A stretch of 64,000 nucleotides of DNA, taken from the NCBI GenBank assembly GCA_964255285.1, contig CAXUUL010000015.1, forward strand, positions 1 through 64,000, read 5' to 3'. Under the pieces are notes generated by a model, which had not been told where the DNA came from, did no database searches, and saw nothing but the letters and a program-made list of their open reading frames with translations. Within the stretch, counting starts at the first letter, position 1, and every line of letters starts with the position of its first letter. Positions 50,190 through 63,207 of the stretch are shown here, piece by piece. Both the position numbers and the translations under genes were made by a program. The DNA is from Ionaspis alba (taxonomy: Eukaryota).

Positions 50190-52606
50190 CTATGTGATGA
50201 TGATCCATTCGTCGGCTATTTTCTCACCAATTTCGATACATTTTATAAGAGAAGCTTCGTTTTGAATGACTGGAAACGCTTGGGGCAAGGAAAGCTGGTA
50301 GAGGCTGGCTATAGTATCTTGGCACGTCCTGGCTATTAGCTTTCTAATGGGTTTCCTCGGATACCGTTGCATAGGGCGTCCTGAGAAGGGCAAGATCCAT
50401 TGAAGTAGATTGAGCATCTCCGGTTGGTTTACCAGCANNNNNNNNNNNNNNNNNNNNNNNNNNNNNNNNNNNNNNNNNNNNNNNNNNNNNNNNNNNNNNN
50501 NNNNNNNNNNNNNNNNNNNNNNNNNNNNNNNNNNNNNGAGAAGGGCAAGATCCATTGAAGTAGATTGAGCATCTCCGGTTGGTTTACCAGCAATTTTCTC
50601 GCTAGTCCTTCTTCATCATGGGTAGTCATAATGTGTTCAATCCCCATCTGTTTGGCTATGACTAGGCCGTCGGAAACATTGATCCACGAAAACTCTCGTG
50701 CGATCTTGCTGCTATTATTTGATAATAACACGGCATTATTTTTGCCAGGAGATGGTACGGTGCTCGTCGTGAAATTCAATATGGTTTTGACGGCCATTGC
50801 CGTGCCCGTAACGCTAGATAAGACTTCCAAGCCCACATATTGATGAGCTGGCTGGATCACAGGTCTCACAAACCTATCGTCTGCAAATAGTTGGACAGCA
50901 CCTGTAGAATCGATTTGAGTTCCTTTTTCAGCATACATTTCCATCACGACTGAAAATCGTTCTGCGCCTTTCCTTATGGCTCCATGCCGAATTTCAAGAC
51001 TGAATCCAGACTTCGTCCTACATCTTGGCTCTGAAATGAGGGAAGGGTATATAACGTGGCCGTTTCTGCTTAGAATGAGTGGTTCTATGCCGGGGCCGGG
51101 CCCTTGACCTTGAGCAAATGGACACAACAGACTCAGGATGAGGTTCCGGAGGGCATGAATCGAAACGGGAAGCTTAAGCAAGAATCGTGCGACTATATCA
51201 TGAGAGAGCTGCCCTTCATAAATTGATGTGCCAAGGGCCTCAGCGCCTTCCCAGCTGGAAACGCTGTCTCGTGCAACAAATACAAGAGCGTCAGCGGCAA
51301 GATTGACAGCAAATTCCATGCACTGTTTCATAATCGGGTGATCAAGAAAGGATCCATGTAGTTCAGTCGCGAGCTTGCAAAGATGTTCCTCGAACATAGT
51401 CTCAACCACATCAGTTGTGTCCTGTCCCGGGCATTCCCACCTCTGAAGAAGTTGACAGAGCTCAACCTGACCTGGGATGAGTTCATCTACAGACTAGCCA
51501 TACTGCAGCATGATCGTGGGGTACTCTTCACAAAACCAGGTCCCGGCTACCTCAAGCAACGACGTGACAGGAGTTTTCCCGACCTCCGTAGGGAGGTGTT
51601 TTCCAATTCCGCCATGGAATAGGCTGCCACATTCCACGAATAAACGCAGAACTGCTCCTGCGAAATGACCGATAATAGAAGTTTGCGACGCAGAGAGTTT
51701 GTAGAGACTTTGAAAACGATGTTTGGTGACCATTCGTGATGCGCATGTCCTAACCACAAGTTCTGAACCAGCAGAGATCAAAGTCTGCAGGGAAGATTCT
51801 CTTTTCCACTCAACAATCTCCCAGTCATAAAGCGTAGTGATAGGAAGGCCCAATTCTATCACAACTCGAGATTCTTGGGGACCAATGATCTGACAACCTC
51901 CAGCAACAACACAAACAGTATCTGGTATTATCCAGGTGAGAATTGCGATTAGCCACATGGCGGAGGTCGCCCCGTTGAGGGATACACGCTTGACATCGGC
52001 ATTTTGAAGACTTGTAAAAGTATGGGTAAGAATATCTGCTAGTGCCTCGGTGGAGATCTCCTTGTAAAGGACTTGTCGGGTAGCATCATCGATGCCGGCA
52101 GAGAGAATTGCGCTACCTATTTCACACAGGTGATTGACGGGTAATATTGTCCCTGCATGCCCTGCGACCGCATCAACAGCGTCGCAGAACTGTTGCGACG
52201 AAGCAGGCCAACGAGAGATGACACCAGACTTGACTGCCATTCTGTGGAGGATTATGCCGACGTCGTTGTCAATGTGCCACAATTTCAACGCACAGATCAG
52301 AAGGAACACTGCCAAACCTGGAGTCGTCTGGCGAAGATGTAGAGCAGTTCCACCGATTCTCAAGCCAATGGCAAGCTTGAGGTTCTCTAATTTGACATTC
52401 TTCGTCCCACCCAGTGCATCCACTGCAGTCCCAATCAGTTCAGGGGACGGATGTATGATGCTTCCGAGGGCACATAATGCAAGTACGGCTTGAGGTTGGA
52501 CATTGTCTTCGGATGCAGCTGCGATCAATTCTAGCAATTTTTGGCTGGAGGCGATAGAGGTCGCTGAAACATCCCATTGTTTCTGAACAGCATCAGAGCT
52601 CGACAT
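50190..52606 (-). pseudogene. ~750-codon uncharacterised fungal gene with one in-frame TAG (pseudogene, or a recoded/edited stop)
   Basis: ORFs 51494-52606 and 50429-51409 share a frame and are separated only by TAG at 51494-51496 (YG*SVDEL). After collapsing the gap duplication the frame ends at 50190. Confidence 0.6.
50383..50592. other. Scaffold gap (100 N) with exact 55-nt flanking duplication
   Basis: 50383-50437 is identical to 50538-50592. Confidence 0.95.
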
Positions 52607-53172
52607 AGCGGAGTCGAAGGATCGGGGTCCCCTGGCACAGACGTTCCCTTCCAGCGTGGCAGACTCGACACATTGTCAAGGAGAGCTGAGATCTATATAC
52701 TCTTCCAGGCTCTAATCTTACCCATTGGCAATGGCCTGCTGACAACGATCTGCGAATAGCCGTCAAACCATTCCGCATTGCAGACGCCTGGACCCCAGCA
52801 TGTGTGACAGCCTCCTTGGAGGACATCATTGGGCAAATCAATGCCCTCAGCGGCAGCGAAGTGCCTTTTTCCATTGAAGCCTAATTCCAGGTTTGTTGCC
52901 TCGACAAATTCTTATCGAGTGTGTGGACCGTGACATGATGTGATGGTACCCGTTGTGCACAAACTTCGTTGGTGTTCGTTCAATCCGTCCGTCTGAATTG
53001 TCATTTATGGTTGAGGGTTGTTGCGACTCAAGCGTCTCGAGCACGGTCCCTCTATCGGCTACAGTAGCCTAGTTAACTTCCACTTGTCTCGCCCCCGTCC
53101 ATCTTCCGCCATCATCGAAAATTCTTATCTCTAAGCTTCAAACTTTGCATTTCCATCGGCGAAATCGTCGAA

Positions 53173-53567
53173 ATGTCTTTTTACGAAGAGGTTGAAATCG
53201 AGGATATGGAGTACGACTTTGACGACCAAAAATACTACTCCCCTTGCCNNNNNNNNNNNNNNNNNNNNNNNNNNNNNNNNNNNNNNNNNNNNNNNNNNNN
53301 NNNNNNNNNNNNNNNNNNNNNNNNNNNNNNNNNNNNNNNNNNNNNNNNGAAATCGAGGATATGGAGTACGACTTTGACGACCAAAAATACTACTCCCCTT
53401 GCCCCTGCGGTGACAGATTCGAAATCAGCCTTCGAGATCTTAGCGAAGGCCACGATGTCGCCGTCTGTCCGACTTGCAGTCTTATGATCAAGGTTATTTT
53501 CGATATGGATGACTTGCCGAAACTCAAGACAGAAGTATTGGGACAGCAAGTGGTTGTCAAGGCTTGA
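53173..53567 (+). CDS. DPH3: Diphthamide biosynthesis protein 3 (CSL zinc finger); ~79 aa after collapsing the gap
   Basis: [12 protein letters not shown]...[14 protein letters not shown]...[14 protein letters not shown]. 53194-53248 is duplicated at 53349-53403 around the N gap. Confidence 0.93.
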
Positions 53568-54180
53568 GATGAGACAAAAAGAAGGCGCATACTTCGAAGA
53601 CACGAGATAAATGATTGGAACGCCGCAGACGCAAGAAATTCGGGGATACGGCCCGGCGCCGAATGGACTATCATCATGGGACCGACACGCTACATTTGGG
53701 CATCTGATGGAAGAATCTTGGTCCACGAAGCTAATCGTCACCGACACTGAGTGAGGGGAGGCGAAAAGGATAACTGCAGGACGGTCGAGAGTATCGTTGA
53801 CAGGAGGAAGGGCAGTGAGACCAGAACATTGTGGATTGTCAGCATTGCCTAAAACATCGAATATCTATGAACGCCATCACTCGAGGACAACAGCCATATC
53901 GCAAATCGGATCGCCAATTCCGAAGAGTTCTGACCTGGCTTTTGGTGTTTAAGATTCAGTGTCGACGGCTGATCACCGCAGCAAGCTGTTTGATAAATCA
54001 AGCTATTCACTTAAGCAATGGCTGAGATGCATGCGTTGGGAGATATATGAGGTATTAGCTCTGTGGAAGCTGCTGGTCATATTGTGTACTTGCGCAGTGA
54101 AATCCCTACCATACAAGTGGTTACTTTGTATCGATCAAGCATGTAACATAGTCTTTGGCTCTACAACATTGTCGAAGTCA

Positions 54181-54871
54181 TTAGTTGACACCCCTAAGAC
54201 CAAAAGGTCCAACTCCCAAGAATCCTCCCCCTCCTCTTCCACCAGAATCTCCCGGTCTCTTAACCACCTTCCCTTGTTCCCTAACCCCCTTGACCACCCT
54301 ATCCAATCCTGTTTCTATCACCACACCACCTACAATCATCTCTCCAAGCACCGCATGTAGTGTTTCGAAATTGAAGATCAAATCCAGCTCGCAGACGTTC
54401 TCGAACAGCGCATCTAGAGCTTCGACAAACACTTGAATCAAGTCCAGTAAAGCAAGAGGTGATTCCGTGGATGTGGAGATGAGGATGAAGTAGAGGGTTG
54501 CGTAATGGCGGTATGTTATGAGGGAGGGTGCGTCATTGTGTTGTGTGTTTGGTTGTGGGGAAGTTGAGGCAGGGGCTAGAAGCGGCGGGAGTCTGCAGGG
54601 CAAATCAGTTCGGCTGTGAAATCGACTGGGCAAACAGTAAGGAAAGTGCGACGGCATACGGAAGGAAGTTGCAAGAGGAGTTTGGGCGGTTGGCTACAAG
54701 TGTGAATATCTCGGATATAAGCCGTTGCTGCACCGAGGTGTCCTGGCAAGAACCCACCCATTAGTATATATGAACCTCAGCAGGCCAGTCAGTGCCACTT
54801 ACAAGCTGTGTATAGAACTTGGTTAACCGGGGCTGTCCAGTGTTGTTGAACACCAGGACCGCGTTGATCAT
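54181..54871 (-). CDS. APS3: AP-3 adaptor complex sigma subunit
   Basis: MINAVLVFNNTGQPRLTKFY, YRHYATLYF, LIQVFVEALD..FENVCELDLIF and GGVVIET. Introns at 54743-54802 and 54593-54659. Confidence 0.93.
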
Positions 54872-54920
54872 GGCGATTCTCACTCATCCACGGGCTTGTC
54901 AAAGCCCTCAAGCAGCAAAA

Positions 54921-55020
54921 NNNNNNNNNNNNNNNNNNNNNNNNNNNNNNNNNNNNNNNNNNNNNNNNNNNNNNNNNNNNNNNNNNNNNNNNNNNNNNNN
55001 NNNNNNNNNNNNNNNNNNNN
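54921..55020. other. Scaffold gap (100 N) without flanking duplication; sequence is really missing
   Basis: The flanks differ, and the frataxin start and targeting peptide must lie inside the gap. Confidence 0.85.
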
Positions 55021-55509
55021 CCAACCATGCGACTGAGCCAAGCGGACTTTCGATATCTGAATACCACAAGCGTGCAGACACCTACATAGACGCATTGGTC
55101 GCTGAGCTCGAAGAATTGCAGGAGGAGAGGGAGGATGTGGATGTTGAGTACAGCGTATGATCTTCCTTGTCGGTCTTGTACTTATCCTTTTTATGATACT
55201 ATTTATTGCATCACCTATCCCAGTGATGTACCAGATTTCCACTCTACACTCAATTAATATTTTATGTAAATGTAGGCCGGCGTCTTGACTCTGATCTTCC
55301 CACCACTCGGAACCTACGTCTTGAACAAACAGCCACCGAACAAGCAGATATGGTTGAGCTCGCCAGTCAGTGGACCAAAGCGGTATGACTATGTGAGCCC
55401 GGCAGATGGAGGAGGTGATGGAGCAGGGGAGTGGGTGTATCTAAGAGATGGCAGTACGCTGAGTGGTCTACTGCGGACTGAGGTTGGTGTTGGACTAGAG
55501 CTAGCGTGA
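55021..55509 (+). CDS. YFH1: Frataxin (5' part lost in the gap)
   Basis: [12 protein letters not shown]...[38 protein letters not shown]. Intron 55155-55275. Confidence 0.93.
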
Positions 55510-55875
55510 GAATCGCACAGCTGGCACGGTTTCAAGAGTGGGGTATGGAGCCTGCGTGTTGTGATGAACACATGTGATGAGGATGAATGCATAGCGTGGT
55601 GTTGGCTGTCCGGATCTTAACAGCAAGTGTGGAGTCCATTGGAGTTGTGTCATGATCTGTACATAACAGACGCCTACATATGAGATGATATGCAAAAATC
55701 CCATGCATCGAACGTGACTTTTTCCCCCTAAGAGAACTGGTGTTCTGTGTCCAAAGCACTCGCGATCCATGGTATTTAGCTCCCTGTAATTGAAGCAGCC
55801 ACCACTCCATTGACCAGTCATAACGCCTGCACCATTCACTTGCCCGTCCTCTATAGTCCCAAGACCTCAATGAGC

Positions 55876-57035
55876 TCATGAAGGAGCATGACTAAACAAA
55901 AAGCTCACACTCTCCCCATTATGCGTCCTTCGACACGCTTCTGCCAGCGTCGGACTAATATCAATAGTCTCCAACCTCGAACATTTCTCCTTCTTCTCCT
56001 CATGCGGCACTGTATTCGTGACTACCACTCTGGCCAATTGGCTTCCATTCAGTGTTTCAATTGCTTTTCCACTTAGAATGCCATGTGTGACAATAGCCAC
56101 CACTTCCTTGGCTCCATGCGCCATTATGGTATCAGCCGCTTTTACGAGTGTGCCGCAGGTGTCTGCCATGTCGTCCACTATGATGGCTATTTTGTTTTTG
56201 ACATCGCCGACGAGGACCATACGAGAGACTTCGTTGGGTCGAGAGCGTTCTTTGTGTATCAGGGCGAAGGGAAGGTCGAGCCGATCAGCTATTGATGTTG
56301 CTCTGTTGACGGAGATCAGCCTTTCCATTCCAGTTCTGGACTTAAGATCACGATGATCCTGTGTCGTACGTACCTCTTTGCGCCTCCGGCGTCTGGGCTA
56401 ACGATAACCGCCTTCTGCACATCCAGATTTGATCTGATCCACCTTAACGTACTTGGTTCAGCATAGAGATTGTCCACAGGCACATTAAAAAATCCTTGGA
56501 TCTGACTGGCGTGCAGATCCATGGTAATTATATGGTTGCATCCTGCTGTCTGCAGCATATTGGCCATCAGTTTCGCCGTTATTGGTGCTCGAGATTTGTC
56601 TTTTTTGTCTTGGCGGGCATATGGAAAGTTGGGAATCACGGCTGTGATTCGCCGTGCCGAGGCGGTCTTGCATGCAGAGATTATAATAAGAAGTTCCATT
56701 ATGCCGTCATTTATGTCGCCGGGGGCGGTGGTTTGGAGGACAAACACTGGGAAAAGAGGTGTAAGCGGGAACGGACATGATTAGAGAGAAGTAGGATCAA
56801 TAGTAGCAGAGGATATTACCATCTTCATCACGGACTGATTCACCAATAGTCACCGAGGTTTCTTGGTTGGAGTACTGGAGGACCATGATCTTAGTCAATT
56901 CAATGCCCAGACTGGAACATCGCATTAGTGGGGCTCGAGTCTCGTTTGCAGATGTGAGACATACTGGTCGGCCACCAACTTGGCTAATTGAGGGTGACTG
57001 TTGCCAGTCAGAAGTTTGATAGAGTTGGTCGCCAT
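55876..57035 (-). CDS. PRS3: Ribose-phosphate pyrophosphokinase
   Basis: [46 protein letters not shown] and [11 protein letters not shown]. Three introns at about 56912-56964, 56747-56819 and 56304-56373. Confidence 0.93.
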
Positions 57036-57802
57036 ATTCGGCGCGTTCGAAGAATGTTCAAGGTCTCATGGTGATACGAGAAGGATCAGGTCAGGATCGA
57101 GAAAAGCTGACGGAATGCCGATGACCTGACAGCCGAGATTCACCCGGTGACCCACGTGGCGCCGAGGGTGTTGAGAGCACAGACCTTCGAGCACAGCAAA
57201 GGTTCATATAATCTCAGCGTTGTCTCCTTTCCCAACGACACAAGACTAGTGCCAGATCCTTTCATAACTGAAAGCAAGTCATAATATAGAGATATGCTCA
57301 TCCCGAGCTATAGTATTTGTTCTTCTGTTCAGCATCTTATTCACCATGCATGATCCCCAAAACTTCCAACTTATATACTTTGCTCCAATCCTCTCTAAGC
57401 TCCTTAGGATTCCATCAAAATCTCTATCGATCGCCAGAGAGTACTAGTATATACAGATACCCGTCAAGTTTCTTTGAAATGACTTCACTGGTAAAGAATA
57501 GGAGTATCGAGAGGATGCCACCCGTTCCACCAGCGTCTGAACAAAGGGGCTGACGAGCGCCAATCTTCATCGTGAGGCTCAGATTCGACTTCAGCATGTG
57601 CACAAATACTATTACATGGCGATCAGGATGTCGGGAAAATCTGGACAATGTTTTTGGTGGTTATCAGAACCACAAATAGCGTGCTGTACAGAAGTTCGAA
57701 CAGAAAGCTGGGTATTCTATAGATCAAGAAACTCCATGCCGCAAATGCCATACCCATCCTTATTTCCGTCCAGTCCATGCATGACCCAAAACATAACAGC
57801 AT

Positions 57803-59183
57803 CTAAACATGATTATCCGTCCTTTCCGTAGATTCCACCTCCCAACTCCTTACAACCCTAATCCTATCCGGATCGCCCTTTAACCTCGCCTGTTCTTCCT
57901 CGCTCGCGTCCAGATAAAGTGACTGGCTCGGCGAACTCGCCCCTTGCAGCTCCGGCACTTGATAACTCTTATCCTGCAGCTCCGCAAGCGGGTACTGGCC
58001 CTCCCTCAACTTGACGAAACTCCTTTTGTCCCCTACACTCGCACCATTCGAAGCCGTATTTCGACTGCCTTGCAAGCGAACCTTGTTGGATTGATTGTGG
58101 CTATTGGATTTGCTGCCCCAGGAGGTGAATCTATCCCTGAAGATCTTGCGCAGGACGGGTTGCATAGTGGGTAGGCAGGCGTTGACGATGCCGAGGGAGG
58201 GTTCGAGGATGCTCCAGTAGTCGCCGCCGACGGAGGTGTAGGAGGTGTCGGTGACGTCCCAGTTTTTGAACCAGAGGACGCGTTGGAGGGAGATGATACA
58301 GATTCTGTATAAGGAGAACATGCATCAGTGGTCTTGCTTGGGCAATGGAAACGAAGGGAAAGGAAGTAAAAACTAACATTGCACCCAGACCAAACATGCC
58401 CATGACTTGCAACTTCCTCGAGAGCGTCAATTGCAGTTTCCACAACATCGGCATCGGCAGTGCCACCACGAGAAGATCGATTACTAGGTTCGTAACGCCC
58501 ACCGCAAAATTGGTCTGATTTTGATTCTCGCAATGGCCACCCGGGATCGACTTGTCCCAGTTATAAGCGATCGGATGGCATGGTAGAAAAGGCTCCATGA
58601 GGACACCACCGAAGTAGCAGATAGTGATACCAATTGTGACATAGCATATCTTGCGGAAGATGGGGTTGGGGAATATGCGAATGTAGAGAGAGACGATGGA
58701 GAGCTTGACGCATGTATTGGCACCGCCCCAAAGGAGTGGTTTGGGTATGAAGAGCTGATGCTTATGTTAGTCGGCTGGAAAAGAAAAACACCGCCTTCTA
58801 GACTTCTCACCTTTAGAAAAGCTTCCTGCTGGGATGGAGATAAGTCATTGAAATGATAGCCTAGACCTCCCATTGTTATGGCTGAAAAGTTCCTTGTAAG
58901 CATTGGCCAGCCATGATTGTGCATCGCAAGGGGCTCACTGAGGAAGAATACGGTAGCCAGGCCAGTTGCAAGGACCTATCCTCAATCAATATACGGATAT
59001 GGAGTAGCCCTGGCCAAAGACACAAGAACTTACTGTCGCCGTGATAACGGCATAATCGTCGAACGCCAACCTCAACTTCATGATCCTCCTCGACCATAAC
59101 CGCGCCCCCAGCGCCAGATATGCTATACAGAGGCAGATAACAGATATAATGATCACAGTAACGGCACCTCCGGGGAGGCCCAT
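57803..59183 (-). CDS. Pth11-like / fungal rhodopsin-domain 7-TM protein (no CFEM)
   Basis: LGARLWSR...DDY, GLGYH, VKLSIVSLYIRIF, CHPIAYNWDKSIPGGHC, DLLVVALPMPMLWKLQ and WSILEPSLGIVNACLP. Four introns. Confidence 0.9.
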
Positions 59184-62012
59184 GGCTGCGAACAAAGGAG
59201 CGTTGAGGGCAGAAAGGTAACGAGGACTGCTGTAGCTGTCGAAACACTTGCAGTGCACAAGAGGAATCAATTAAGATTCAATCAACGTCACGAACCCGAG
59301 TCATGGAAGTATACACGAGGGAATCTCGTTAGCCAAAAAAACAGAGGACGAGCGAAGGATCAAAAAGAATTCCACTTTCCGGGAACGACATGCACGACCA
59401 ATGGCGCACAGGTGTGCCTAGTCATCTCGACAACTAGACCAACCGTTACCTCATCCCCTCGAACCCCTTCACACAGCATAAGTCTTTTCATCCTGGACTA
59501 AACACAGCCTCTGCGCCGCTTCCCCACGTATCTCCAAAGCACATTACCCAGGGACCCCAACTGGTAGGCTGCATTCAAAGCCTTAAAGTCCAACACTAGC
59601 CTCGAGCAATCGAGCCAAATGATTGGTCTAAATGCGAGGGCTAGGGCTCGGAAGCAGAAGATAACCGTGGTCGACATGGATCCGGATCCCTTTTGAAGAT
59701 CGGCGAACTGGACCCCAAGCCCAGAACCCAGAATTTGAACACTTCCCGAGATACTGGGAGCGGCCCGTAAAGCATCATTTCGGGGCTTGTGGAGATCCTT
59801 GTTAGAGTGGTGACTATAAGGGGAACCTCAGTTGGAAGGCTGTTATGTTGTGCTCTGGAATAGCGGCGAATCACGGATGGATCAGAATCAACATATTGCT
59901 CGTTGGACCCCTTCATGCGCGTGAAGTGAATCAGCAGCAAGATGAAGACTGTGGAGGCGGAGATTGAGCTGGCGTGCTCATTTATGCCCAGGATCGAGGA
60001 AGTTTAGAGGCGGCACAACAATTGAAAGTCTATGACCAAAGGCTTTCAAAGGCCAGCATCTGCCGGTTCCACGGCCACATTCGCGACATGTCATCGTCAC
60101 AAATTTGCGCAGGGTCGCGTTGTGCTACATATATGAAGCGGCCACATGCATGAATATCATTGTATGCATCTTATATCAGAGGATGAGGCTGATGCGAGCA
60201 TGCGGCGGTTGTCAGGAAGGGCTGCTTCGATTGGCGATAGTTGCACCTTGTAGTCATGACGAGATGGTAAAGGATTAGGATGAAAATCTGCCCTGCATTG
60301 CTTGACGGAATTGTCATACGCATAGACCATTAGGATTTTCCGAGGGCTTAGGAGGAAGTATGTCATTTTGGTGTCATCACTATGATTCTGTGAGCATCGG
60401 ACGGCTTGGAGATAACGACACAAACGATAAATGCCAATTGCTTTTGATTTTTGATTGACCAGTAAACAAATTGGTAGGTGATTGGCGCCCTCGATTGCAT
60501 TGGTGCAGGGAGGAAATAGGCGGAGCAGCCGCTAGGTGCGTCGTGGCGCATTGCGGTTGTTTTGCTCGGCGTCGCTACGCGGCCCTGGTTTTGAAAGTTG
60601 CGGCGACCTTCTCGGTGCCTTTATAGGACTGATGCAAGATAGGCTGTAGGATATCATTATAGTATTCGCCGACCAGTCGCCTACTACATAAGAGCTCCTT
60701 TCAGCTTCGCCGAAGGCGCGCAGGTGTGATGCAATTGATTGAATGAATGCCCGTCAAATGTTAGGAAGAACTACGTGTCCACATTTTTGTTCCGATATTG
60801 AATTTTTCTATATACACGCAGCCTACCTTCTCCCTTTTCTCGGATAGCTTTGCTTAGATTTGGTAGAAGTCAAGAACGAGTTTGAGGACAGGTCGTTGAA
60901 GACAATTGCTTTGATCCTCGCCAAGCTGTCGGGCGAACACAAAAGCTTGTTCTGTACGATTGCGCTTTTAGAAATGTTGGCAGTGGACGGACTGTTATTA
61001 TTGTCAGCCAGAAACGCAGCCGAAATCGTCTGCGATGAAAGACTCGCTAATTCTCTTGATGGCTCCTGCCATAATATATTTCACCGTGGTGGCCTCACTG
61101 GTTCACGGGTGCCATAGACGCGATCCAGAACTGGATCTGTGACTATCGATATCCGTGGCTGCTCCATAAGAACGACAGGCTTGACAGCCGTTAAGTTGAT
61201 GCCGAAGAAAAGGTCTGCTCTGAGAAGGTCGCAAGATGGTAAGTGGGTAGGAACGTAGTCATTGGAATCGCAGAGGAAAAAGCAGAACCTCCGAACTAAT
61301 GAATCCCGCGAAAATTTCCTAGACAAAGCTCTGACGATAGGGGGCGGGAAGCATTGAGCCCTCCACGCGTGATAAAGAGCGTTGAATGTCTTTGTGGCCG
61401 ACCTCGATCAATTCAATCTGTACGAAACGAGATGTCAAGAGTAGAAGAGCCTGTGACCAGGCCATTATCACCACCAGAATTCTGGGTGACAGGCTGTGCT
61501 TTTGTCATTGAATTACAAAAATTCGTCCTGACCTGACAACACAGAGACCGTGGTACAATCGGAGGAGCCTCCCAGTAACCCTCACCAATGTTGTATACAG
61601 CGGAGGAACAGTAGAGGCAACTGTACTAAATACAACAGCTCCAATAAAACGGTACACGGAGCCAGATAACATTGAGTCACCGGTTCCAGGACAAGCCAAG
61701 GGAGCGAAGAATTAGTATGGTTTAGAAGTCAAGTGGTAGTGAAATATGATGCCCAGTGATTATAACATCTTCGATGACGGTCCTGTAGGCTGAACCACAA
61801 AGAGCAGATTGATGAAAAGCACGAAGCAAGCAGTGTTGCCTATGAGCAATTCATGGTCGGCACAACGAACTCTAGCGTGATGCTCTACTAGCGCCTCGCT
61901 TAGCTCCCACACATCGAAATTGCTTGGAGCTGCAAACACCAAGGCGAGTCTCACACCACGACCACAACAACAGCATCACCACAGTTCCCATCTTGACCTT
62001 ACCACCGTCAAG

Positions 62013-62864
62013 ATGAAGCTCAACATCTCCTACCCGGCGAATGGCTCGCAAAAGCTCATCGAAATCGAAGACGAGCGCAAACTCCGCATCTTCATGGACC
62101 GCCGCATGGGGGCCGAAGTCCCCGGAGACAGCGTCGGCGACGAGTTCAAAGGCTATCAATTTCGCATCACCGGTGGCAACGACAAGCAAGGTTTTCCCAT
62201 GAAGCAAGGGGTTATGCATCCTACGCGTGTGCGTCTATTGCTGGCGGATGGGCACTCGTGCTATCGTCCCCGACGGACGGGCGAGCGCAAAAGGAAGAGT
62301 GTGCGTGGGTGCATTGTGGCGATGGATTTGAGCGTGTTAGCTCTCAGTATCGTGAAGAAGGGCGAGGGCGAGATTCCTGGATTGACGGATCGGGTAGAGC
62401 CAAAGAGGTTGGGACCGAAGAGAGCAACCAAGATAAGGAGATTCTTTGGATTGACGAAAGAGGATGATGTGCGTTTCGACCGGATATTTGTTGCTACTGG
62501 ACAAGATACTGATGGTTTGTGTCATCCAGGTTCGCAAGTTTGTGATTCGTCGTGAAGTCCAGCCAAAGGGCGAGGGCAAGAAACCATACACCAAAGCACC
62601 GAAGATCCAGCGTCTCGTTACTCCTCAGCGTCTCCAGCACAAGCGTCGTCGTATTGCCCTTAAGCGCAGACAGGCAGAGCGTGTCAAGGACGCAGCCGTA
62701 AGTCATACACTTTACGTGCTTTGATTTGCAAGGGTAACACAAATACTAATCAATCTTCTTTTACTTAGAACGAGTACGCCGCGATCCTCGCGAAACGGGT
62801 CCACGAAGAAAAGGAGAAGCGCACGGAGCTCCGCAAGAGGAGAGCCAGTTCAATGAAGAAGTAG
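62013..62864 (+). CDS. RPS6: 40S ribosomal protein S6 (eS6)
   Basis: [39 protein letters not shown] and C-terminal RRASSMKK. Introns at 62469-62529 and 62698-62768. Confidence 0.98.
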
Positions 62865-63207
62865 GGGGGAATAGTGTTGGAATGAAGGAGAGCAATGGAG
62901 CACAGTCGAGTTTGGAGGACGACGCGGTTGATTCTTGCTGTGCTGTATCTGTCTAGTGTGATAGAGAACAGCGAACGGCCTGATGACCATGCTTGCTATT
63001 CGCTATCTAGACTACGGAAAAGTCTTGTAGCATAAAGCTGGTTGAATCTGATAGACACTTGCATTTCAGATTCCGATCTCCACACTTGCTCCATGGACTC
63101 TTCTATACGCGTTCTATGTGTAATCATCACACGTGCAAACATTTCCGTGAACTTTTTCCATGCCAAGAAAGCCATTTCAACCCACTCTGATCGTCCTCCA
63201 CCATCAC

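Noticed and set aside
55155..55275. Intronic snoRNA in the long frataxin intron
   Set aside because: No proper box C (RTGATGA) and box D (CTGA) pair, and no H/ACA hairpins.
61576..61582. TAACCCT as a telomerase RNA template
   Set aside because: Only 7 nt (continues CAC, not AA), on the opposite strand to the Sm-like site, and no pseudoknot was recognised.
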